Below, piece by piece: positions 33,697 to 41,754 of a DNA stretch of 58,150 bases. Source of the stretch: a virus. Its lineage: Duplodnaviria > Caudoviricetes. The notes under the pieces are model-generated. The model was not told the origin of the DNA, did no database searches, and was given only the letters and a program-made list of their open reading frames with translations. The translations under genes and the position numbers were made by a program. The stretch is from positions 1 to 58,150 of the IMG/VR virus record IMGVR_UViG_3300012940_000001; one strand, 5' to 3'. The first letter of the stretch is position 1. Each line of letters opens with the position of its first letter.

Positions 33697-36210
33697 ATGG
33701 CTGAGGTCACGTCCTTCGTCGTCTCGGTCGCGGGCGGAACGTTCTTCGACATTCCGATCGGGTCGGGCGCGGGTGCCGCGATCCAGCCGGGGCACACGCT
33801 TGAGATTGCGGCGCAGTGGGCGAACAACGGGTCGCCGTCGCCGTCTTTCTCGTACACGGGGGGAACGCCGACCACGCCGCCCACGAACCGGGTGGCGTGG
33901 TCGTCACCCGGCTCGGGGTCTATCTCGTCCGGCGTGTGGACCTGGGTTGTCGAACCCGGCATCACGAACATCCGGATGACGTTCTCGCCGTCCGACGACG
34001 GCAACGCGATCGTCACGGCGTTCGAGGACGTGACCGCGATCAAGGTTCCGGGGTCCCCTCCCGCCTGGGCCGGGGCGTCGGCGACCACGGCGACCTCGCC
34101 CACGATCGCGAGCGTCGAGGCTGGCGCGATCGTGCACGCCGGTGTCGACATCGCCTCCGGTTCTGAGCCTGTCTCGATCGTCACCGCTGGCGGCACAGTT
34201 GTCGGCGAGGGGCCGGAGCGCAAGGGCTTCGTCGCCCGCTTCTCCCAGGTGACAACCGGTACGGTCAGCGGGAAGCAGTTCTCCTGGCCGACCGCTGGTG
34301 CGTACCGTCCGCGTGCGTGGGCGATCGCCTACGAGTTCCCGCCGCCCGACCCGCCCATCGAGGCGACGCTGATGACGGAGCCGTACCCCGGCGCGTCCGG
34401 TGACGTGGCGGACGGCATCACGATCATCCCGAACCCGATCAACCCGAACAACAGTGTCGCGATCGGCACGAATAAGAGCACCGGGTCCGATGGTGGCCTG
34501 TACGTGTTCGACATGGACGGCGAGATTCTCTCGTCGCAGACCGGGTTCACCGCGAACAGTGTCGACTGGCGTGATACCACCGGCCTGTCTGGGTGGGACG
34601 GTCGCATCCTGGTGATGACCTGTGACCGGACCAGCGGCGACTTTGCGCTCGTATTCTTCTGGTTCGACCGCACAACCCGTACCCTCACGTCGGCGGGCAC
34701 CATCCCTGTGCTGAACGAGCCGTACGGAACGTGCCTTGGCATCAACAGTGGAGTGCTGTACGCCTACATGACCGAGCGCGGCCCCGACGACGTGTCGCCG
34801 CGCGAGTTCTACCAGGCATCTCTCGTCCGTTCGGGTGACACGGTGACCCTCGGGTCGATCGTGCGACAGTTCACGATCCCGTCCGTGGTCGAGGGTATGG
34901 CCGTCTCCGATGCCGACAACGCGCTCATCATGTCGCAGGAGGATGTGGGCCTGTTCGCGCTCGGCGCGGGCCCTGCCGGTGGCGACTGGGACGATCGGCT
35001 CACGATCGACCTGGTGGGGTCCGGCAATCTGGTCGCCGACGTGGAAGATGTGGCGATCGTCAATACCCCGGACGGCCCTCGTGTTCTTGTCTCGTCGCAG
35101 GGCGACAACTCGTACCACGTCTACTCCTGGGATGAAATCGCCGAAGAGTACGTCCACGAAATGCGGTTCACCGTGGTCCGCCCGGACGGCACCACCCAGG
35201 TCACAGGCACGGACGGCCTCGATGCCCTCCACGTCAACCTCGGCACCAACTTCCCCAACGGCCTCATCGCCGTACACGACGACGGGTCGGACCCGTCCGT
35301 GTTCGCGTTCATCGACGCGGCAGAAGTGTTCGGCCCGCTCGACACGCCGGAAGGTGGCTTCGAGGCGACCTACCTGTTCGGCCCTGCCGCCGCGAGCGGT
35401 GTGCAGGACGCGACGGGCGGGTTCGCGACGGCGTACGCGTTCGGTCCCGCCGACGCCAGCAGTGACACTGAGCACCGGGGCGGCTTCGAGGGCACGTACC
35501 TGTTCGGTCCCGCGGAAGCCGAAGGCGAGGCCCCGGCCGGTGGCGTGTTCGAGACCACCTACGCGTTCGGTGAAGCGGACGCGTCCGGTGAGGCGACATA
35601 CTCGGGCGGGTTCGAGGCGGCGTACTCCTTCGGTCCCGCCGAGGCTGAGGGTCACGTAGACGTTGAAGGCGGCTTCGAGGCGGCATGGGTGTGGGGTCCC
35701 GCCGATGCGGGTGGCAGTTCGCCTACGGGCGGTGGATTCTCTGCCGCGTACGAGTTCGGTCCTGCTGACGCGGGTGGGGAGGCGGATTACTCGGGAGAGT
35801 TTGCCGCGGCTTACGAGTTCGGCCCCGCGAGCGCGACAGGAGGCGGGTCCGCTGTCGGCGGGTTCACCACCACATGGGCGTGGGGTCCCGCGGATGCTGG
35901 TGGCGCGGCTGAACCTGAGGGCGACTTCGAGGCCGCCTACGCGTTCGGGCCTGCCGAAGCATCTGGCGAGTCCGCTGGGGGTGGTGGGTTCGCCGCCACG
36001 TATGGATGGGGTGTCGCTTCTGCGGGTGGCGAAGCCGACTACTCGGGAGGATTCACCACCACGTACCTGTTCGGCCCTGCCGGTTTCGCCGGGTCCACGA
36101 CCGCAGAACCGTGCTGGCCGACGATGTTCCTCGTTCCGGACGGCCCGAGCACTACACTCATCCCCGAAGGCCCTGTCATGAACCTGGTGGAGGACGGATG
36201 CAGACCGTAA
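33697..36210 (+). CDS. Structural-region protein with beta-propeller phytase-like domain and C-terminal ~21-aa repeats
   Basis: GLYVFDMDG, NSVDWR, YGTCL, EGMAVSD, ADVED, SSQGDNSY, TDG, FPNGL; GGFxxxYxFGPA repeats. Confidence 0.8.
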   Translation: MAEVTSFVVSVAGGTFFDIPIGSGAGAAIQPGHTLEIAAQWANNGSPSPSFSYTGGTPTTPPTNRVAWSSPGSGSISSGVWTWVVEPGITNIRMTFSPSDDGNAIVTAFEDVTAIKVPGSPPAWAGASATTATSPTIASVEAGAIVHAGVDIASGSEPVSIVTAGGTVVGEGPERKGFVARFSQVTTGTVSGKQFSWPTAGAYRPRAWAIAYEFPPPDPPIEATLMTEPYPGASGDVADGITIIPNPINPNNSVAIGTNKSTGSDGGLYVFDMDGEILSSQTGFTANSVDWRDTTGLSGWDGRILVMTCDRTSGDFALVFFWFDRTTRTLTSAGTIPVLNEPYGTCLGINSGVLYAYMTERGPDDVSPREFYQASLVRSGDTVTLGSIVRQFTIPSVVEGMAVSDADNALIMSQEDVGLFALGAGPAGGDWDDRLTIDLVGSGNLVADVEDVAIVNTPDGPRVLVSSQGDNSYHVYSWDEIAEEYVHEMRFTVVRPDGTTQVTGTDGLDALHVNLGTNFPNGLIAVHDDGSDPSVFAFIDAAEVFGPLDTPEGGFEATYLFGPAAASGVQDATGGFATAYAFGPADASSDTEHRGGFEGTYLFGPAEAEGEAPAGGVFETTYAFGEADASGEATYSGGFEAAYSFGPAEAEGHVDVEGGFEAAWVWGPADAGGSSPTGGGFSAAYEFGPADAGGEADYSGEFAAAYEFGPASATGGGSAVGGFTTTWAWGPADAGGAAEPEGDFEAAYAFGPAEASGESAGGGGFAATYGWGVASAGGEADYSGGFTTTYLFGPAGFAGSTTAEPCWPTMFLVPDGPSTTLIPEGPVMNLVEDGCRP

Positions 36211-36506
36211 GAGAGGGCGACACGCTCTGGTCGTACTGGCTCGCCGTCGACGACAAGGGCCAGCCCATCGACCTGTCCGCGACAACGGTCACCGTGCACG
36301 TTGTCCGCCAGGATGTGTCCGGGCAGACGCCGATCGTTCTCCCCGCCGAGGTTGTGGACGCCACCGGGGGCCGCTTCCGCCACAAGTACGACACCCTCGA
36401 CCCTGGCATCTACTTCCTGGAAGCCGAGTTCGACGGTCCTCCCGGAATCGGCACCGCCCCCACGGCACAGAACGCCCTGCTCCGTGTCGTCGCACAGATC
36501 GCGTAG
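36198..36506 (+). CDS. Small Ig/BppU-like virion protein
   Basis: GQPIDLS..DATGG..LDPGIYFLEAE; GGAGG RBS. Confidence 0.6.
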   Translation: MQTVREGDTLWSYWLAVDDKGQPIDLSATTVTVHVVRQDVSGQTPIVLPAEVVDATGGRFRHKYDTLDPGIYFLEAEFDGPPGIGTAPTAQNALLRVVAQIA

Positions 36507-36513
36507 GTGACAC

Positions 36514-37323
36514 ATGGCCGTTGACCTTTGCTACCCCGCCAACACCGACTGGGGGTGCGCGTACTCGGTGGAAGAACTCATCGAAATGCGCGCGAACCCC
36601 GACACGTCGAAGACGATGGAGCGTTCTGAGGCGCTCGCGTGGAACACCCTCCAGGCGCTTCTCGGGTATCGGCTCGCGCTGTGCCCTACCGTCATCCGCC
36701 CGTGCCTCGCACGATGCCAGGAACTCACCTGGGACGAAGCCCCGGTCGGTGGCCCCGGCCCGTTCCACCCGTTCATCCGCGCGGGACGGTGGTACAACGC
36801 ATGCGGGTGCCAGAAAGATACCTGTTCCTGCACGAGCCTGTGCGAAGTGATCCTCCCGAACGGTGCGGGGAAGATCGACTCCGTGAAGGTCGACGGTGTG
36901 GAACTCGCGAGGAACGCGTACGTCGTCCACGACGGGAACCGGCTCGTCCGTGTCGACGGTGACTGCTGGCCGTCCTGCCAGGACATGACGACCAGCGACG
37001 ATGAAGAGGGTTCGTTCGTCGTGTCCTACTACCAGGGCATCGCCCCGAACGACCTCGTGAAGTACGCGGCCGGTGTCCTCGCGACCGAGTTCTTCAAGGC
37101 GTGCACCGGCAAGAACTGCCGTCTCCCGAACGGGGTCTCCAACATCACGCAGAACGGTGTGACGATGGAGATTCCCACCGGCCTGTTCCCCGGTGGTGGC
37201 ACCGGCATCCGTGAGGTCGATACCGTCATCCGCATCTACAACCCGAACGCCCTCAAGTCCCAGCCCCGCGTCCTCAGCCCCGACTCCCGCCGTGCCCGCA
37301 CGGAGACGTGGAGGGTCGTGTAA
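36514..37323 (+). CDS. Head-to-tail adaptor
   Basis: Cys-rich, WPSCQD, CRLP..VSNITQNGV, TGIREVD. Confidence 0.8.
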   Translation: MAVDLCYPANTDWGCAYSVEELIEMRANPDTSKTMERSEALAWNTLQALLGYRLALCPTVIRPCLARCQELTWDEAPVGGPGPFHPFIRAGRWYNACGCQKDTCSCTSLCEVILPNGAGKIDSVKVDGVELARNAYVVHDGNRLVRVDGDCWPSCQDMTTSDDEEGSFVVSYYQGIAPNDLVKYAAGVLATEFFKACTGKNCRLPNGVSNITQNGVTMEIPTGLFPGGGTGIREVDTVIRIYNPNALKSQPRVLSPDSRRARTETWRVV

Positions 37324-37851
37324 GTGGCTCTCCGTGAAGACACCGGCATCTACCCGGTCATGATCGAACTGGCGTCGTGCCTGTGCCAGGAAATGGAGAA
37401 GGAGGGCGGCCCGGAACTCTGCTCCTGTGGCGTCAAGTTCGGCTCCGCTTCCACCGCGTTCTGTGGCGAGTGTCAGGAGATTGGGTGCGGCGGGCAGGCG
37501 TGGGTGCGTCTGGTGGACGCGTTCCCGTCGTCGGTGTTCCCCAGCGCTGACCAGGCTCTCTCGAACTGCAAGTCCCCGTGGGCCTATCAGTTGGAGGTCG
37601 GGGTGATCAGGTGTGCCCCGAAGGGTGAAGTATCGGGTATCAACGGGTACACGCCGCCCACCCTCGAACAGAACGTGGAAGCCCTCCGTCTCCAGACCGC
37701 GGACCTCGCCGCGATGCGCCGCGCGATCCAGTGTTGCTTCGGCGCGGGGGACCGTGACTACATCATCGGCACGTATGCTCAGGTCGACGAGATTAGCAGT
37801 GGCGGTTGCCTCGGTGGGGTGATCACCGTCTTCGTGCGTGAGGACTTCTGA
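37324..37851 (+). CDS. Tail terminator / completion protein
   Basis: Position; AWVRLV, LEVGVIRC, GGCLGG. Confidence 0.65.
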   Translation: MALREDTGIYPVMIELASCLCQEMEKEGGPELCSCGVKFGSASTAFCGECQEIGCGGQAWVRLVDAFPSSVFPSADQALSNCKSPWAYQLEVGVIRCAPKGEVSGINGYTPPTLEQNVEALRLQTADLAAMRRAIQCCFGAGDRDYIIGTYAQVDEISSGGCLGGVITVFVREDF

Positions 37852-38369
37852 TGGTGCAGTTGCGGGGGTGCCCCCTCTGTAGCAACAAGGTCCCGCTCGG
37901 GCGCACGAAGGTCCACTACGACCGGATCGTGGACGCGTTCACCAACAAGGGAATGTTCGCGCCCGACATGTACTCGATCGGCCGTGAGGCGGTGCAGGAG
38001 GCGCGGAAGATTGCCCCGAAGCGCACCTACCGTCTCGCGAACCTGCACTACTACGCGTTGCCCCCGAACGTTGGTCCCCAGCGGTGGCTGTACCTGGGGA
38101 ACAAGGCGGGCTATGCCGGGTTCCTTCTCGGCGGTACGGCCGGGAATGGGTCGGGGTACATCTACCCGAAGCGTGGTGAGGAACTCGAACTGCGGCCGAT
38201 CCCGTATTCGAGGTTCCCTGCCGGGGACAGCCGTCGCTTCCAGCCGTTCGTGCGCGGACAGCGGCAGAAGGAGAACTGGCTCCGCATAGCCCTGAACACC
38301 GCTGTCGAGAAGCGTCTGCTTCGCGGCCTCAGAAACCTTCGGATGTACGGTATCCGTAGCACCGATTAG
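37851..38369 (+). CDS. Basic tail-completion-like protein (HK97 gp10-like)
   Basis: APKRTYRL..YAGF..GT..VRGQ..WLRIAL. Confidence 0.55.
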   Translation: MVQLRGCPLCSNKVPLGRTKVHYDRIVDAFTNKGMFAPDMYSIGREAVQEARKIAPKRTYRLANLHYYALPPNVGPQRWLYLGNKAGYAGFLLGGTAGNGSGYIYPKRGEELELRPIPYSRFPAGDSRRFQPFVRGQRQKENWLRIALNTAVEKRLLRGLRNLRMYGIRSTD

Positions 38370-38377
38370 GTCCCACG

Positions 38378-38403
38378 GAAAGTAGTACTTTCCGCGCTAT
38401 CCT
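38378..38403 (+). promoter_or_regulatory. Palindrome + 5 nt + TATCCT, candidate late promoter
   Basis: GAAAGTAGTACTTTC-CGCGC-TATCCT. Confidence 0.55.
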
Positions 38404-38434
38404 GTTCCGTAGGAACAAAACCTTTGGAGGCTTC

Positions 38435-38908
38435 ATGGCAACTGCCGCCCCCCGCTCTTTCCGCCGCGCGGCGAAGAAGCAGGCTGATCGTCCCGTCGTC
38501 ACCTTCACTCTCGACTGGGTGGACGACGAAGACGAAGAGAAGGTCTACCGGTCGGACACTTTCTCCGCGAAGATGCCGACCGACGAGCGCCTCTTCCTGG
38601 TTGCCGCGATGGTCGGTGACGAGGACAACGAAATGGCCGCCGCCGCGGGCGTCATGGAACTGTTCCGCGACATTCTCTCGCCTCGGGAGTACCGCATCCT
38701 CAAAGATCGTCTCGCAGACCCGGAGGACTCGGTAGACATGGAGGTTCTCCAGGACGTTCTTGAGTGGCTGATGGAGAAGTGGTCGGATTTCCCTACACAG
38801 CCGTCGCGGGACTCGTCCACATCGCCGACGAGTTCTGGCACGAAATCGACGGGGCGTGTGCGCGGGCAGGGGTCGATCCGCTCGAACTCCCCTTCCACCG
38901 CTTCCTGA
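38435..38908 (+). CDS. Tail assembly chaperone
   Basis: GGAGG RBS; upstream of tape measure. Confidence 0.85.
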   Translation: MATAAPRSFRRAAKKQADRPVVTFTLDWVDDEDEEKVYRSDTFSAKMPTDERLFLVAAMVGDEDNEMAAAAGVMELFRDILSPREYRILKDRLADPEDSVDMEVLQDVLEWLMEKWSDFPTQPSRDSSTSPTSSGTKSTGRVRGQGSIRSNSPSTAS

Positions 38909-39111
38909 ACCTCGTCTACGCCTGGGCGTGCGAGCGCGTCCAGTACAGCGAGGACGGCCGCGAGAAACTGGACGACGCCCTGTTCGGGGCGGCAGAGCGG
39001 CGAAATGCCGCCAGAGGCGATAACGTATCTCCCGAGACGGTCGCGGAAGAGATGGAACTCTTCAACGCGTTCGCTTCACAGCATGCCCAGTTGAGTCGAG
39101 GGGTGTCGTAA
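38788..39111 (+). CDS. Tail assembly chaperone -1 frameshift extension
   Basis: In-phase X XXY YYZ heptamer T TTC CCT at 38788-38794; -1 frame open to 39111. Confidence 0.7.
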   Translation, partial: FPYTAVAGLVHIADEFWHEIDGACARAGVDPLELPFHRFLNLVYAWACERVQYSEDGREKLDDALFGAAERRNAARGDNVSPETVAEEMELFNAFASQHAQLSRGVS

Positions 39112-41751
39112 GTGGCCGCGGTATGGGGCGAAGCCGAAGTCGAACTGCATATCGACGGTCGCGCGCTCCCTGGCGAGGTCCGCCGTGCTACGGAGGTCGC
39201 CGCAACCGAGGGTGGCAAGGAGTTCCGGAAGCGTTTCCGCGCCTTCATGATCCGGTCGGCGGCTGAGGGCGTTCGGGACTTCGCCCGGGTCTTCAACCGG
39301 GAAATCGTCCGCCTGTTCCGCACAACCCGGACGTTCCGGTTCCTCCAGCGTTCCCTCGTCACGACACGGCGCGCTTTCAACGACGTGTCTTACGCGGTGC
39401 GGAACACGTTCTCGCTCGCGATGGACACGGTGCGGCGGAGGGTCAACGACACCCTCCAGCCGCTCCGCGACTTCCGGTTCGCGGTCGGGGCACGGATGAC
39501 CCAGGCGTTCCGTGCATTCCGGAACAACATCAGCATCCTCCGCATCAGCATGGATGATCTGCGGCGCACGTTCCCGCCCGTGTTCCGCGCGATCGACAAC
39601 GTGCGCGATGGTTTCGTCCGCGGTCGCGCCGCTGTCGTCCGGTTCGGGAACCGTATCCGCCAGATGCTCCCCGACTTCACCGAACTCCGCGAGTCCGCGG
39701 CACGTGTGTCGGAACAGTGGGGACGCCTCACGAACCGGTTCCGGAACCTCACCATCCTGTTCCGCGACGGACGTGCTGGTCTGCGCGCCTACAAGGACAA
39801 CCTCAAGGAAGTCGCCGACACAGACGTTGAAGTGGAGCGTAGCGGTAACGCGATTACCCGCATGTTCCGCCGCAAGAACAACGCCGTGGAACGGTCGGTA
39901 GGCCCCCTGCGTCGCTTGCTTTCGGTGTGGAAGCGGTTCCCGCACGGGTTCCGCCAGTTCCTCTTCTGGACGACATTCGTGATCGCCGCGCTCGGCAACC
40001 TGTCCGTCCTGTCCTCCGCTCTCTCCGGTACCCTGCTCGGCCTCGTCACCATCCTCGGTGCGCTCGGTGCGGGTGCCGGTATCGCGGTCGCCGGGTTCGC
40101 TGGCCTGTACGCGGAGACCGCGAAACTTACGGACGGGGCGAAGGAATCGAAGCGGGCTTTCTCCGACCTCGGCGACGCGTTCGCGCGCATCCGTGACGTG
40201 ATCGCGAACAGCATGTTCGGCAACATGGCGGACTCGATCGACCGCATCACGAACAACCTGCTCCCCGCTCTGGAAGACAACATCGCCGCATTCGCCGAAC
40301 GTGTCGGCGATAACCTGGGGAAGATTTTCGACGCGCTGTCGAGCGACGAAGGCATCAAGAACTTCGAGGCCCTGCTGGACGGGTTCGGACCCATCCTCGA
40401 CGCCATGACAGACGCGGCGATCGCGTTCGGTGACGCCTTCGCAGACATTCTGATCGTGTCTCTGCCGTTCGCGCAGAGGTTCGCGGAAGCGATCCGGGAC
40501 ATTGCCGAGCGGTTCTCCGAGTGGACCTCCAGCGAAGAAGGTCGCCGCCGCATCCAGAAGTTCCTGGAGACGGCGGAGCGCATCATGCCGCTCGTCGTCG
40601 ACCTGTTCGTCGCGCTCTCTAACGCGCTCGCGAACCTTGTCACCCCGGAGACCATTTCGGGGACCGAGACGTTTCTCCAGGCCCTCACCGACTTCATGCC
40701 GATCCTTGGTGAGATTGTCGAGATTGTCGCGAACCTCAACGTCTTTGGTCTGCTCGCAGTTGCGCTGGAGACAATCGGCGCGATCCTCGAACCCATCCTC
40801 CCGATCCTCGGCGAGTTCACGGCTCTCCTGTCCGAGAAACTCATCGAGGGTATGGAGAAGTTGGCACCCAAGTTCGAGGAACTCGGCGAGGCACTCGGCC
40901 CCATCCTCGAACTGCTCGGCGAACTGCTCATCGCGATCCTCCCGCCGCTGATCGACGTGATCATCCTCGCGATCGAGAACTTCGCCGCCTGGATCGACGT
41001 GGTGGCCGCGCTGGTCGAGCCGCTCACCGAAGACAAGGACGCGATGGAGACCTTCGGGAACACGGTGGAGGACGTGATGACTGTCGTGCTCGGCATCTTC
41101 ACCTTCACGACCCCGATCATCACTGGTCTGCTCAAGTCGATCGCGGCTCTGCTCCGCGGCGACATTCCTGGAGCATTCCACGAACTCGAAATCGCTGCGT
41201 CGAAGACGTTCTCGAACCTGGGCATCACGGTGGACGGGTTCTACAACAACATCGAGAACCTCGCCGTGTCCGTGCATAACTGGTTCACCGAAATGACCAC
41301 GCCCATCCGGAACTGGGCACGCGACGTGATCGGTTTCTTCCGTGACGTGATCGGGTGGATCAAGGACGCCGTGAACTGGTTCAAGAACCTGTTCGGTGCC
41401 GCCGATCGTGCGAGTGGTGCGGTGAACCGGGCCGGAGGCGGCGGGGGTCGCGGCAACCTGACGGCCGCGAGCGGTATGCTCCTGACCGGCCCCACCCGTG
41501 TGCTCGCCGGTGAGGCTGGCCCGGAAGCGATTGTGCCTCTGCGTCGCCCGCTGAACCAGGTCGACCCGGCCGTCCGGTGGTTGTCCGCGATCGCGCAGGG
41601 GAAGGCCCCGGCCATGGCGAATGGAGGTGTTGTCGGCGGTGGAAGAAGTGTCACCATCGAACCTGGTGCTGTGCAGGTGATCGGGGCGGTTGACCCGCGT
41701 CGCACGGCCCTTGAAGTGGTGAACAGGCTGGCAGAACGGATTGCGGGGTAG
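39112..41751 (+). CDS. Tape measure protein
   Basis: Long helical ORF after chaperones; AGEAGPEAIVPL. Confidence 0.9.
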   Translation: MAAVWGEAEVELHIDGRALPGEVRRATEVAATEGGKEFRKRFRAFMIRSAAEGVRDFARVFNREIVRLFRTTRTFRFLQRSLVTTRRAFNDVSYAVRNTFSLAMDTVRRRVNDTLQPLRDFRFAVGARMTQAFRAFRNNISILRISMDDLRRTFPPVFRAIDNVRDGFVRGRAAVVRFGNRIRQMLPDFTELRESAARVSEQWGRLTNRFRNLTILFRDGRAGLRAYKDNLKEVADTDVEVERSGNAITRMFRRKNNAVERSVGPLRRLLSVWKRFPHGFRQFLFWTTFVIAALGNLSVLSSALSGTLLGLVTILGALGAGAGIAVAGFAGLYAETAKLTDGAKESKRAFSDLGDAFARIRDVIANSMFGNMADSIDRITNNLLPALEDNIAAFAERVGDNLGKIFDALSSDEGIKNFEALLDGFGPILDAMTDAAIAFGDAFADILIVSLPFAQRFAEAIRDIAERFSEWTSSEEGRRRIQKFLETAERIMPLVVDLFVALSNALANLVTPETISGTETFLQALTDFMPILGEIVEIVANLNVFGLLAVALETIGAILEPILPILGEFTALLSEKLIEGMEKLAPKFEELGEALGPILELLGELLIAILPPLIDVIILAIENFAAWIDVVAALVEPLTEDKDAMETFGNTVEDVMTVVLGIFTFTTPIITGLLKSIAALLRGDIPGAFHELEIAASKTFSNLGITVDGFYNNIENLAVSVHNWFTEMTTPIRNWARDVIGFFRDVIGWIKDAVNWFKNLFGAADRASGAVNRAGGGGGRGNLTAASGMLLTGPTRVLAGEAGPEAIVPLRRPLNQVDPAVRWLSAIAQGKAPAMANGGVVGGGRSVTIEPGAVQVIGAVDPRRTALEVVNRLAERIAG

Positions 41752-41754
41752 AAC

